A stretch of DNA of 64,000 nt from an uncultured Planctomycetaceae bacterium (GCA_963976765.1 CAXBME010000022.1:62001-126000), one strand, 5' to 3'. Numbered from the stretch's first letter, positions 10,736-22,438 are shown. Made by a program: numbers and translations. Notes: generated from the sequence alone by a model not told the origin.

Positions 10736-11626
10736 CTAACGGTCATCAAGTGCGTCACGGTTTCTTTTCGCGAGTTGCAGGAGCTTTTTCAACTCGTCGG
10801 CGTTGCGATTCTCGATAGCGGCCTGAAACTTTCCGAACGACTCGGAAAACGCCGCCAGACTGTTGCTCACCGCGGCGACATTATCGAGCAGAATCGCGAC
10901 CCATAAATCAGGATCGCCCGCGGCGATCCGCGTTGTGTCCTTAAAACCGCTGGCTGCGAGTTCCCGAAAACTGTCGGGTAGAACGTCGGCCAACGCCGAA
11001 GCGACGATGTGCGGAAGGTGGCTTGTCGTCGCGAGAGCTGCGTCGTGATCGGCAGGCAACATCTCGACGACCCGTGAGCCGAGCTGTTCCCAGAAACGGC
11101 GAATCGCCGAGTTGGCCGCTTCTTCGCCGGTAGAATCCGGAGTTACGACGGTCACTTTGCCGTCGAACAGGTCGGCGCGAGCGACCTCGAATCCTGTTTT
11201 CTCAGAACCGGCCAGCGGGTGAGCACCGACGAAAAACACGCCGTCGGGAAGTGACCTCTCCCGAATCGGATCACAAATGGAACCTTTCACGCTGCCGACG
11301 TCCGTGATCAACGTGCCCGGACGACTGACCGCAGCGATTCGCCAGACGTCCTCGACAATTCGATCTACCGGCGTCCCAATCACCGCGATCGTCCACGGAG
11401 CGTCGCGTTCGGGCAATTCGGTCAGAAATTCGTCGATCACTCCTTTGTCGACTGCGGCCTGCAAGCGGTCAGGGTTACGCCCAATGCCGATCACTCGATC
11501 GGCAATTCCACGAGCTTTCGCGGCCAGAGCCACCGAACCTCCAAGAAGCCCCACACCAACGACCGCCAGAACCTGATTCTGGTCGGTTGGACGCTGCGTT
11601 CGGTCTGGCTCAGATTCGATGGTCAT
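10736..11626 (-). CDS. tyrA: prephenate/arogenate dehydrogenase
   Basis: GVGLLGGS, TDVGSVK, HPLAGSE, HD...SHLPH, GFKDTTRIA. Confidence 0.93.
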   Translation of the reverse strand: MTIESEPDRTQRPTDQNQVLAVVGVGLLGGSVALAAKARGIADRVIGIGRNPDRLQAAVDKGVIDEFLTELPERDAPWTIAVIGTPVDRIVEDVWRIAAVSRPGTLITDVGSVKGSICDPIRERSLPDGVFFVGAHPLAGSEKTGFEVARADLFDGKVTVVTPDSTGEEAANSAIRRFWEQLGSRVVEMLPADHDAALATTSHLPHIVASALADVLPDSFRELAASGFKDTTRIAAGDPDLWVAILLDNVAAVSNSLAAFSESFGKFQAAIENRNADELKKLLQLAKRNRDALDDR

Positions 11627-11657
11627 ATCACTGAAGAGTTACGAGTTCAGGCCCTGG

Positions 11658-12377
11658 CTACTTTGCAGCAACCGGCTGAACAGCTAACTCCCGCAGCCGG
11701 CGTGCACCTTCTGTGGAACCATACTGAGCCGCCGCCTGATAGTGGAGTTTGGCGAGCGACAGTTTTCCGGATTCCTCAGCTTCCACTCCCAGCCGATAAT
11801 GGCGGACCGGGTCAATCGCCGGACTCCGATCCTCAACAGAAACATTTCGCTGAGGCTCGGACAACAACCGTTCTGGTCCGGTCGCGGAATTTCGGCCTGA
11901 CGCGAGAACTCCAAACCGACTCTCCTGAGACGACAGCAACCGCACCCTCGCCGGACTGCGATCGTCGACGGAAACACCTCGCCGAGGCCGATAATCGCTC
12001 CAGGCCAGTCCCGCTCGTCGAGCTGCCGCTGACGTTTCGGCCGGCAGCCCCTGAGGATCGGTTTCAGCCATTTCCAGAATCACGCGATCCATCTCCCGCA
12101 GATCGTGAATCCAGACATGGGCAGACAGGCTCGAATGCTGCGAGAATCGACCGACCGACGAACCTCGTAAGAACGGTAAGCCGTACGACTTTCGCGTCTC
12201 GCCCACCCGGCTGATGCTACCCAGGAGAATCCCTCCGCGGTCCGGCACCGAAACGACAAAATTTCCACCCGTGGATTGAATCACCGGCTGCTGGACGGAC
12301 AGTTGCCCGAAACACTCCAGGGCAAAAGAGGCGGTCAGACCGCTGGAAATCAGCGTAATTAACAGGCAACTCCGCAT
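11658..12377 (-). CDS. secreted protein with secretin-like beta segment and C-terminal TPR-like helix pair
   Basis: Signal peptide; QQP..VSVPDRGGILLGSISR..E....GLPFL; HYRLGVEAEESGKLSLAKLHYQAAA. Confidence 0.6.
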   Translation of the reverse strand: MRSCLLITLISSGLTASFALECFGQLSVQQPVIQSTGGNFVVSVPDRGGILLGSISRVGETRKSYGLPFLRGSSVGRFSQHSSLSAHVWIHDLREMDRVILEMAETDPQGLPAETSAAARRAGLAWSDYRPRRGVSVDDRSPARVRLLSSQESRFGVLASGRNSATGPERLLSEPQRNVSVEDRSPAIDPVRHYRLGVEAEESGKLSLAKLHYQAAAQYGSTEGARRLRELAVQPVAAK

Positions 12378-12529
12378 CAGAAATTCTCCTCAACTGCCCT
12401 GTTGCCATAGCGTTATGACTGACAGCACAAATGACCAACAGGATAGAGTGTCCGGCCAGGCATTCAAACTGGAAAAACTTTTTCGAACTTTTTCCCGACG
12501 GAATCCCGAATTCGGGGCAAGACCTGTCA

Positions 12530-12699
12530 CACCTCACTGATTAGGAATGAGTTGGGAGAAAATCTGCCTCAGACCCGTACCGAGAATGCGGGTCCGGTCC
12601 CGCGGATCCCCAAGGGTCAATGCCTGCGAGACGAGACTCGCATCGCATGACGACGACGAACGCTGATCGGGATTCCGACCCCGGTCAGCGTTTCTTTTT
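12530..12699 (+). ncRNA. candidate small RNA or attenuator leader
   Basis: Hairpins at 12572-12594 and 12625-12642, both with CGAGA in the loop, followed by an intrinsic terminator. No large plus-strand gene upstream. 5' end is a guess. Confidence 0.35.
12659..12699 (+). terminator. intrinsic terminator
   Basis: 13-bp stem aacgctgatcggg/cccggtcagcgtt (one G-U pair) followed by tcttttt. Confidence 0.75.
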
Positions 12700-12919
12700 G
12701 CACCGTCGCTTTGGTCACCCTCTCTAGCAGCTGGCTCCGGCTTACCTGGTCTCGATTGCCCAGCGGAGAAATGAATTCGCCGTTTCGCGATGCTGCGACA
12801 CTGGTTGCGGGCCACAATTGGCCTATCATAGGATGCCCGACCGTTCATGGCGCCGCCCTCTGAACCAGATACTGTCAGCCAGGCCACCGTTCCGCTGCTT
12901 CCCCGTGAGATCTTGCCAA

Positions 12920-13972
12920 GTGATTGAGTATCGGGCGTTCCGAAATTTCGACCCACCGCAGATTCTCAGAATCTGGGAACAGGCAGGGCTCGGGCACGGC
13001 GCCGCTCAGGCACTTTCCAACGACATGTCGTTTGACATGGTCAATTACGCGCAGACCTACTTCGACCGTCAGGGGCTGATTCTGGCTGTCGACGCTGGTG
13101 TTCCGGTTGGTTTTGTCCATGCCGGTTTCGGATGCTCGGCAGATGGCAATTCGCTCGACAATTCCACCGGCGTTATTTGCGCAGTCGTCGTGCACCCTGG
13201 ACATCGACGCCAGGGAATCGGTCGTGAACTGGTCCGCCGAGCCGAGTCGTATCTGAAACAGAAAGGTGCAACCCGAATTCTGGCCGGCCCGTCGCGAAAA
13301 ACTGATCCGTTTTATTTTGGACTTTACGGTGGTGCTCGTCCGGCCGGCTTTCTGCTGTCTGACAAGTCTGCCGGCCCGTTCTTTACGAGTCTTGGATACG
13401 AACCAGGCAACCGCTACGTCATCACCAGTCGTCAGATGAGCGACCGCGATCCGGTCCATTTCCGGTCGACCATGATCCGTCGCAAGTGGGAACTGATGCT
13501 GGTCGACCGGCCCGAACCATGCTCATGGTGGTGGATGTGCCGCTACGGCCGACTCGACTCTGTGTATTGCGTGCTCGTTCCGAAAGCCGGTGGAGCAACA
13601 CCGGTCGCTGGCGTCACCATCGTCGGGCTGGACGCGTACGCGCGATCGTGGCATGAACAGGCGATCGGGCTCGTCGATCTATGGGTTGACGAAAAACAAC
13701 GTGGTCAGGGGTTTGGCCAGGCCCTGCTGCTGGAAGTCGTCAAACGACTTCGTAAAGAAACCGTGACCCGTCTGACGGCCAACGTCGGAGTCGAAGATGT
13801 CGCCGCGAAGAAAGTCTTCGAATCCGTCGGCTTTTCAAAGATCGACGAAGGCATCGTCTACCAATCGCCAGCCTGGGAACCTGAAAGCATCAAAGCGACC
13901 GAGGATTCCAGAGCAAAAGTGACAGACTCTCAGCAGGATATCTCGACGGTTCGTTTCGGATCGCCTTCGTAG
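12920..13972 (+). CDS. tandem GNAT N-acetyltransferase
   Basis: Two acetyl-CoA motifs, VHPGHRRQGIGREL and VDEKQRGQGFGQAL. GTG start assumed. Confidence 0.88.
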   Translation: MIEYRAFRNFDPPQILRIWEQAGLGHGAAQALSNDMSFDMVNYAQTYFDRQGLILAVDAGVPVGFVHAGFGCSADGNSLDNSTGVICAVVVHPGHRRQGIGRELVRRAESYLKQKGATRILAGPSRKTDPFYFGLYGGARPAGFLLSDKSAGPFFTSLGYEPGNRYVITSRQMSDRDPVHFRSTMIRRKWELMLVDRPEPCSWWWMCRYGRLDSVYCVLVPKAGGATPVAGVTIVGLDAYARSWHEQAIGLVDLWVDEKQRGQGFGQALLLEVVKRLRKETVTRLTANVGVEDVAAKKVFESVGFSKIDEGIVYQSPAWEPESIKATEDSRAKVTDSQQDISTVRFGSPS

Positions 13973-14003
13973 CCAACGACTTCGTCTGTGGAGAAGAGAA
14001 CAC

Positions 14004-15200
14004 ATGCCGGACAGCGTTGTCGATCTTCTTGGCGACCTTGTCGCGATCCCCAGCGTCAACCCGATGGGTCGTGATCTTTCCGGGCCGATCTACTTCGAAA
14101 CAAAAGTCACGGAGTACCTTCGTCAGTTTTTCGAGAAGTTGGGTTGTCCGCACGAGGTGATTGAAGTTTCACCCGGCCGCTGCAACGTGCTGGCGAAATT
14201 CGAGTCGCCAGGGGCAACGCAGACCTTCCTCCTCGACGCGCACCAGGACACGGTTCCTGTCGACGGCATGACCATCCCGCCGTTTGAGCCGACTAACAAA
14301 GACGGTCGCCTCTACGGTCGAGGCTCGTCGGACGTCAAAGGTGGCATGGCGGCCATGTTGTGGGCGTTTCAACGGCTGATCTTCGAAAAACCAGCCGACG
14401 CCGCCAACGTCGTCATCAGTTGCACCTGCGACGAAGAAGCAACAACCACCGGCATCAACGATCTGGTTCGCTACTGGCAGGACGGCGATAGACGCTCAAC
14501 ATTGCTGAGCAAAAAGCCCGATGCCGCCATCATTGCCGAACCCACGCTGCTCGACGTCGTTGTCGCTCACCGCGGCGTCACTCGGTTCGTCATCACAACC
14601 GCTGGCCGAGCCTGTCACAGTTCAGACCCGACTCAGGGAGTCAACGCGATTTACCGGATGGCTCGGCTCGTCAGTTGCCTCGAAGAATACGCTGCCGAAT
14701 TGCCCAACCGTTCTCCGGCGCACCCCTTGTGCGGACCGGCTACCTTGAGCGTCGGGCTGATCTCAGGCGGAGCGAGCGTCAACGTTGTCCCGGACGAATG
14801 CTCGATCGAAGTCGACCGCCGACTTACTCCCGGAGACAACGCCGACGAAGCCTACAACGATATCCGCAACTTCCTGACCAGCAGACTCGATTTCGACTTC
14901 GACATGCAGCCGCCGTACATCGTCAGTCCAACGCTCAGCAACGACGACAACGGCTGGCTGAGCGACGGTCTGCAACGGCACATTTCAGAAATTGCCGGGC
15001 CGCACACTTCAGTCGGAGTGCCCTACGGTACGCACGCATCCAGAACGTGCGCTGCCGGAATCCCGTCCGTCGTCTTCGGCCCCGGCTCGATCGACCAGGC
15101 ACACACTAAAGACGAATGGATTGAAATCGACCAGCTCGAAAAAGCCAGCGAAGTCTACTTCCGTTTTTGCAGTACCCCGCCAGCGGTTCCGTCAAACTGA
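14004..15200 (+). CDS. M20 family metallopeptidase/deacylase (ArgE/DapE-like)
   Basis: DAHQDTVP, GRGSSDVKGG, CDEE, AEPT, AHTKDE. Confidence 0.92.
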   Translation: MPDSVVDLLGDLVAIPSVNPMGRDLSGPIYFETKVTEYLRQFFEKLGCPHEVIEVSPGRCNVLAKFESPGATQTFLLDAHQDTVPVDGMTIPPFEPTNKDGRLYGRGSSDVKGGMAAMLWAFQRLIFEKPADAANVVISCTCDEEATTTGINDLVRYWQDGDRRSTLLSKKPDAAIIAEPTLLDVVVAHRGVTRFVITTAGRACHSSDPTQGVNAIYRMARLVSCLEEYAAELPNRSPAHPLCGPATLSVGLISGGASVNVVPDECSIEVDRRLTPGDNADEAYNDIRNFLTSRLDFDFDMQPPYIVSPTLSNDDNGWLSDGLQRHISEIAGPHTSVGVPYGTHASRTCAAGIPSVVFGPGSIDQAHTKDEWIEIDQLEKASEVYFRFCSTPPAVPSN

Positions 15201-15323
15201 ACCTGCCTCAGCGACCGATGCCAAAACCTCGCTGCCAGGAATCCACGCGTTCGTTTACGATTTCGCCCTGCCGATTCGTTTTCGCTCAACGCTGATCCCC
15301 AGATTCTTCGGGAGAGTCTCAAT

Positions 15324-17036
<1,713 letters not shown>

Positions 17037-17069
17037 CAGCCGAGCTGTTTCCGACTGGAGAGATATTCG

Positions 17070-17612
17070 ATGCTCACCTCGCTACTGCTCCCCGTTCTGC
17101 TCAGCGGAGTCGTGCTGTTCTTTGCCAGCTTTCTTTCCTGGATGGTTCTGCAGTTTCATAAACAGGACTGGATCAAGTTGGAGAAAGAGGACGACGTCAT
17201 GGCCGCCTTGAGGACAGCGGGAGTCGCGCAGGGCAGTTACATGATTCCCGGCTGTAACGACCCGAAAGAAATGCAGAGCGACGAGTACAAAAAGAAATTC
17301 GACGAAGGTCCTGTGGGCGTGATCACGATTTATGGCAAGCTCAGCATGGGTCGTAATCTTGGCCTGACATTCGTGTACTTTCTCGTCGTCAGTTTCTGTC
17401 TGGCTTACCTCGCCCAACTGCACATTCCGGCTGGAGCTGACTTCCTGACGGTCTTCCGCTTTGTCGCCACTGCCGGACTGATGACATTCCTGGCAGCGAT
17501 CGTGCAGCACGCCATCTGGTTTCACAATCGCATCGTCGGACACATCATCGAATCCGTTCTCTACGCCGCTATCGTTGCCGCCATCTTCGGAGCCATGTGG
17601 CCAACCGCGTAG
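17070..17612 (+). CDS. hypothetical membrane protein (about 4 TM)
   Basis: 180 aa hydrophobic ORF with a GGAG RBS, 33 bp after the symporter. Confidence 0.8.
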   Translation: MLTSLLLPVLLSGVVLFFASFLSWMVLQFHKQDWIKLEKEDDVMAALRTAGVAQGSYMIPGCNDPKEMQSDEYKKKFDEGPVGVITIYGKLSMGRNLGLTFVYFLVVSFCLAYLAQLHIPAGADFLTVFRFVATAGLMTFLAAIVQHAIWFHNRIVGHIIESVLYAAIVAAIFGAMWPTA

Positions 17613-17714
17613 GTCAGGTTTTGCCTGACGAATCCCGAACCGTGAAACGCCACCCGTGAGAGCAACCCAGAACGAAGTTACTGGTCAAGCTTCGTCAGGC
17701 GGAGCCTGACCTGC
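17609..17714. repeat. REP-like inverted doublet, family B (G[TC]AGGTCAGG....GCCTGACG)
   Basis: gtaggtcaggttttgcctgacg (17609-17630) and cgtcaggcggagcctgacctgc (17693-17714). Confidence 0.8.
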
Positions 17715-18854
17715 GGGCCGACGAGGTGGACGAGGCCCGAGAAGCTGGTGCAGGGTGCAGGCAATCTTTGCGTTGTAGAGTTTGCGGCGGCGCGTTGATT
17801 GACGGCGGACAGACTTTTCAAAATCGGCGTAAGCTGTCAGCACGAAGAACGACCATGTTTCGAGCCTGTTAAACACGCCGGCCATGCTACTGTAAAGCCG
17901 CTCGATTTCCGCCTCTTCTCCCAGACGCTCGCCGTACGGAGGATTCGTGATCACGCAGCCGTACTTCTTCTGGGAACTTAACTCGTGGAACGGTCGCTGC
18001 TGGAAATGCACCAGCTCGCCAACTCCAGCGCGGTTGGCGTGGTAGCGAGCCATGCCCAGAGCGACGGGATCGACGTCCGTCCCGATTAACAGTTCTGCGG
18101 GAGCGGGTTTCATCAGATCTTTGGCCTCCTGCCAGGCGTGCTCCCAGACGGAATCCTCGATCTGCGGCCAGTCCGTACAGGCGAACGATCGGTTCAGTCC
18201 AGGGGCTCGGTTGGTCGCGATCAGTGCCGCTTCAATAGGAATCGTGCCGCTGCCACAGAACGGGTCGACAAAGGGTCGCTCAGGATTCCACACGCTGAGC
18301 TGCACCATCGCGGCGGCCAGCGTCTCGCGGAGCGGCGCCGCAGCCGTCAACTTGCGATAGCCACGCTTGTTGAGTCCCGCTCCTGACGTGTCGATGGTGA
18401 GCTTGACGTTGTCTTTCAAAACGGAAACTTCAACCGGATACAACGGTCCGGTTTCTTCGAACCAGTCAACGTCGTACGCTGAACGAAGTCGCTCGACAAT
18501 GGCCTTCTTCACAATACGCTGACAATCGGGAACGCTGTGAAGTTGTGACTTCGACGACCGACCCGTCACGGGGAACTCGGCATCGCGAGGAAGCCACTGT
18601 TCCCACGGCAGATCGCGAGTCCGATCAAACAGCTCACCAAAGTCCGTCGCAGTGAACTCGCCCAGTTGAAGCACAATACGATCCGCGCTTCTCAACCAGA
18701 GGTTCGTTCGAACGATCGCGTTAACGTCGCCCGAAAAGTGGACGCGCCCGTCTTCAGAAGTCAGGTCTTCAAACCCTAGATCTTTCAACTCGCGCGACAC
18801 CACTGCTTCGAGGCCGAAACCAACACGAGCTGTCAGATGAAATGTGCGATTCAA
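17685..18854 (-). CDS. rlmL: THUMP-domain class I SAM-dependent rRNA methyltransferase (RlmL/YpsC-like)
   Basis: NLWLRSADR, DTSG..L.KRGYR, APLRETLAAA, DPFCGSGTI.IEAA, TNPPYGERL. Confidence 0.88.
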   Translation of the reverse strand: MNRTFHLTARVGFGLEAVVSRELKDLGFEDLTSEDGRVHFSGDVNAIVRTNLWLRSADRIVLQLGEFTATDFGELFDRTRDLPWEQWLPRDAEFPVTGRSSKSQLHSVPDCQRIVKKAIVERLRSAYDVDWFEETGPLYPVEVSVLKDNVKLTIDTSGAGLNKRGYRKLTAAAPLRETLAAAMVQLSVWNPERPFVDPFCGSGTIPIEAALIATNRAPGLNRSFACTDWPQIEDSVWEHAWQEAKDLMKPAPAELLIGTDVDPVALGMARYHANRAGVGELVHFQQRPFHELSSQKKYGCVITNPPYGERLGEEAEIERLYSSMAGVFNRLETWSFFVLTAYADFEKSVRRQSTRRRKLYNAKIACTLHQLLGPRPPRRPAGQAPPDEA

Positions 18855-18928
18855 AACAACGACCGATCGTGATACTCAGAGAACAACAAGCTGGTGACAG
18901 GCCAGAGAACTGGTACGAAGCGATGAGC

Positions 18929-19465
18929 CTACGTGCTCCGGTCAATATCGGCGCTGTCAACGGAATCGTCCAGCCGATGAAACCGGCGAAGCAACCACCG
19001 CATCGCAGGATAAGTCATCAGGCTGCACATAATTCCCACGAGCAGACAGCCGGCAAGCAGCGGCGCACCCAGTTCCGTAATCAGCGACAACGCCCGAGCA
19101 GACCAGTTGTCGTGACTGTCGAATCGAACGATCGCGACGAAGTCTTCGTACTTGATCGACGAGGGAATGAAAAACGTTCCGACTTTGTAGTTGAACCAGT
19201 AAATCGGAACGATCGTCAGGGGATTCGTCACGTAGACCGTCAGCACCGCCGCAATTTTGTTGAACCTGAAGAACGGCCTCGTCAGAAATGCGACGATCAG
19301 GACGATGATCATCTGAATGCCGACCGTCGGTGTCATCCCAACGAACATTCCAATCGCCGTCCCGAGCGCCACCGAGTGTGGCGTATCGTCCAGCATCAGA
19401 ATCGAACGCAACAACGCTCGCGGCGTCCTTCGTGGTTTCGGAATGTCGTCGATGCTGGTCGACAT
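18929..19465 (-). CDS. DUF2062 family membrane protein
   Basis: DTPHSVALGTAIGMFVG.TP..G.Q and TNPLTIVPIY...Y.VG. Confidence 0.85.
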   Translation of the reverse strand: MSTSIDDIPKPRRTPRALLRSILMLDDTPHSVALGTAIGMFVGMTPTVGIQMIIVLIVAFLTRPFFRFNKIAAVLTVYVTNPLTIVPIYWFNYKVGTFFIPSSIKYEDFVAIVRFDSHDNWSARALSLITELGAPLLAGCLLVGIMCSLMTYPAMRWLLRRFHRLDDSVDSADIDRST

Positions 19466-19621
19466 GTCGGCCTGAAGTTGAAGGAGTGTTGCCGCCGCAG
19501 ATTTACCAGTTCGCTGTCACCATTAAGTATCGTCGACATCGTCATCGTCGAAGATTGTGAATGCAGATTCTCACTGGAAAATTCCGAATGAGAAACTCTT
19601 TGTCCGCTTCGGCGACAACAG

Positions 19622-19655
19622 AAAACGCCTCGATCATTCGGAGATGAGCGAGGCG
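19622..19655 (-). terminator. probable terminator hairpin
   Basis: aaaacgcctcg...cgaggcg, downstream of the large minus-strand gene. Confidence 0.5.
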
Positions 19656-19690
19656 CTTCCTGATTCGTAAGACTGAACGGCCAGCCCAGC

Positions 19691-22438
19691 CTAAATGGCA
19701 TCCAGTTCTTCGATGCTGACGTTGTGCTTTGCGAAAAACTGGATCTGCCATGCCTGATTAACTGAGCCACCCTGCGATTCCGCCAGGCGTGAATAAATTG
19801 GCGACATCGGAGCATTTTCGGTAATAAACTGCTGCCGGACCGGAGCCAGACTCGGATCGTCATCGCCGGAAGGGTTTCGAGCCTTTACATAAACGACGTA
19901 ATAAATCTGCTTCGTGGCATTCGGAATGACCACAACCTGACCGACCGGAGTTTCCGAAACAGTTTTCATGAAGTTGTCGTCAACGTCGTCGATACCCGGA
20001 ATAAACCCGAATTCGATGGAAGGCTGACCAAACGGATTCATCTGCATACCCTGTGACGATTGACGCAACCAGGTGAACGGAGGAGTCGAAATGACCGACA
20101 ACGGTTGATCTCCGGCTTCGTCGCTCTTCGCTTCGCTGACAACTTCGGGCTTGCGGGCTCCAGCCGCGGAGTCAGCGGGAGCCGCTTCCTCAGCACCTTC
20201 TTCGTCGCCGCAGGATTCTTCTTTCTCTGACTCGGTTGTAGATTCGGTCTCCGTGCTCCCTGGCTCGGACTTCGGGGCGTCCTGTGCTGCCGGGTCCGCA
20301 GCTTTCGGCTTCTTAGGACCAAACACAGACTGATCAGCAATTCCTTCGGCCATCGTCACGATGCTTGACTCAGCGAACTTAGCGGCAAGTGATTCAGCCA
20401 CCGCTTTCGCTCGTGCTTCAGCCAGAGGACGGGCGTTTTTGAGGCGAACTGCTTCTTCAACCTGCTCACGAACGCCCGGTTCGTCGAGAGTTGGTACGTG
20501 CTGTTCTTTCTCGACTGTTGCCCAGAAGGCGTATCGAGTGTCATCAAACTGGCCTTGAGCTTCTTCGGGAACGAACAGTGTGGTCGCTCCCGTGAACAGT
20601 CGAGCGGCGACCGTTTGTGGCTGACTTTGAGCCATGAAGTTCGACGGATCGAACGGCTCGCGAGCTGTTCCGATTTTGTACTCGCTATGCTCGATCAACT
20701 CCTGCTGTGACAGGAAGTCGTCAACACTGACAAACTTCAATCCATTCTCAGCCGCATAGATTTTTGCTTTTGCGGCGATGCCTGCTGCGAGGTCTTCGTC
20801 CGAGAGGTCGGGGTTTTCTTCACGCAGCGTAAACCGCCAGTCTTTGACGGCAGCAATGGCGACAGCGATCTGTTTTTCGATTCGCTCTTCAGTTTTTTCA
20901 CGCAGCAGGAGGTCACGGATTTCGTCACGCACTTCTTCGAACGAACGGTACTTCACTTCCGTAGGGTCAGGCGTCGCTGCTTTTTCAGTGCCGGCGGCGG
21001 GCGTCTCAGTCGGCTCTTCTGGTGCGGCGGCGTCTGTTCCGGACTCGCTGGCAGGTTTGGATTCATCTGCCGACTTTGATTCTGTGGCGGGTGTTTCCAC
21101 AGGTTTAGCGGCAGCTTTTTCGTCTTTTGGAGCGTCATTCTTCGGAGCATCGTCCTTCGACACGTCCGGTTCCTGATCGTCGCCGTCACCGCATTCCTCT
21201 TCAGATGGTTCGGCTTCGGACGGTTTGGCTTCGGACGGTTTGGCTTCTTCGCTCGCGGGCGAATCGGCAGGTGCTGCGTCGTCTGTTTTCGCCGCTGGAT
21301 CGGCTTTGGTATCATCCGCCTTCGCGGCGTCATCGGTCGCTTCCGCATCACCGACTGGTTCAGAAGTTTTGACCGGAGCTGGCGGTTCGCCAAACTTCAG
21401 GCCGCCATCATCGAAACCTGAATCAAGGTCCGGGAGTGTTTCGATCTTATACTCGATGTCTTTTCGCTCTTCGTATCGAGCTTTCAATTCCTCTTCCGGA
21501 ATCTCGCCGACCAGCTTTTCTGCCGCTTCGTAGTCAGATTCAAACCACGCAAGCTTCAGACGATCCGGCTGAATGAATCCCGGATTTTCACCCATTGGAT
21601 AGAAGCCCTTGAAGGCTTCAAAGACTTCATTGATTTCGGCATCGCTGGGACGCGGCAGTCGAGCGGCGAACGGCTCAACTGGAATTCCGACGGCGTCGAT
21701 CGAATGCCGCACGTTCAGCTTCTCAAAATCACCCCAGTACTGATCGGGCATGTGAACGATCTCGGGATTCAGAACGCGTGACGCAACGCGAGCACGTAAT
21801 TCGGATCGCAAAAGGTCATACAGCTCTGCCTCACCCAGTCGTAATTGACCTCGAATCTTCGTCAATGTCTCGCGAGTCATGCTGTTGTCGGAAATCGTCT
21901 TGATGTAATTGGTCACGAATTCATCACTGATTTCGATGCCCAGCTCATCAGCTTCCCGCTCAAGCAGCATCCTTGCCACGACAGCGCGCCCCGACGTGTC
22001 TCCGAACTGGTACTGATTGAGGTAGTAGTTGGCCACCATCGGATGAACTTCTTCCTTCCGGGACCGAAAAACGCTCAGGACAAACTGATTGGCCATGTCG
22101 CGATTCTGCTTCATCTCATTCAGGTCACTGATGCTCAACCGACCGTGAGCTGTTGTAATCCCGCCCTGATTCGCCGACTGAGAGATGATCACGGCTCCGG
22201 CGGCGGCACCAAGGACGCCTCCGATGGCAATCGTCGAGTAGCTGATGCCGCGTTCGTTCTGAGAACCCCACAACCAGGCGAGCGCTGCACCGATGAGACC
22301 AAAAATGATCGGCATGATGGCTGAGCTGTCCATCTTCGATACCGAATCGAGGATGATGAACGCGAACATCGCAAGGCATGTCAAAACAACCGTCAGGATC
22401 TTCTGGTTGCGACGAAATACAGAAAACGGAGATGCCAT
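19691..22438 (-). CDS. membrane-anchored periplasmic protein, PpiD/SurA-N-like, with acidic low-complexity inserts
   Basis: MASPFSVFRRNQK followed by TM helices; LLEREADELGIEISDE..V (SurA-N-like); two acidic A/E/P/D-rich inserts. Family call tentative. Confidence 0.65.
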   Translation of the reverse strand: MASPFSVFRRNQKILTVVLTCLAMFAFIILDSVSKMDSSAIMPIIFGLIGAALAWLWGSQNERGISYSTIAIGGVLGAAAGAVIISQSANQGGITTAHGRLSISDLNEMKQNRDMANQFVLSVFRSRKEEVHPMVANYYLNQYQFGDTSGRAVVARMLLEREADELGIEISDEFVTNYIKTISDNSMTRETLTKIRGQLRLGEAELYDLLRSELRARVASRVLNPEIVHMPDQYWGDFEKLNVRHSIDAVGIPVEPFAARLPRPSDAEINEVFEAFKGFYPMGENPGFIQPDRLKLAWFESDYEAAEKLVGEIPEEELKARYEERKDIEYKIETLPDLDSGFDDGGLKFGEPPAPVKTSEPVGDAEATDDAAKADDTKADPAAKTDDAAPADSPASEEAKPSEAKPSEAEPSEEECGDGDDQEPDVSKDDAPKNDAPKDEKAAAKPVETPATESKSADESKPASESGTDAAAPEEPTETPAAGTEKAATPDPTEVKYRSFEEVRDEIRDLLLREKTEERIEKQIAVAIAAVKDWRFTLREENPDLSDEDLAAGIAAKAKIYAAENGLKFVSVDDFLSQQELIEHSEYKIGTAREPFDPSNFMAQSQPQTVAARLFTGATTLFVPEEAQGQFDDTRYAFWATVEKEQHVPTLDEPGVREQVEEAVRLKNARPLAEARAKAVAESLAAKFAESSIVTMAEGIADQSVFGPKKPKAADPAAQDAPKSEPGSTETESTTESEKEESCGDEEGAEEAAPADSAAGARKPEVVSEAKSDEAGDQPLSVISTPPFTWLRQSSQGMQMNPFGQPSIEFGFIPGIDDVDDNFMKTVSETPVGQVVVIPNATKQIYYVVYVKARNPSGDDDPSLAPVRQQFITENAPMSPIYSRLAESQGGSVNQAWQIQFFAKHNVSIEELDAI
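21202..21247. repeat. 15-bp coding tandem repeat (EAKPS-EAKPS-EAEPS)
   Basis: ggcttcggacggttt at 21212-21226 and 21227-21241, plus a degenerate copy. Confidence 0.8.
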
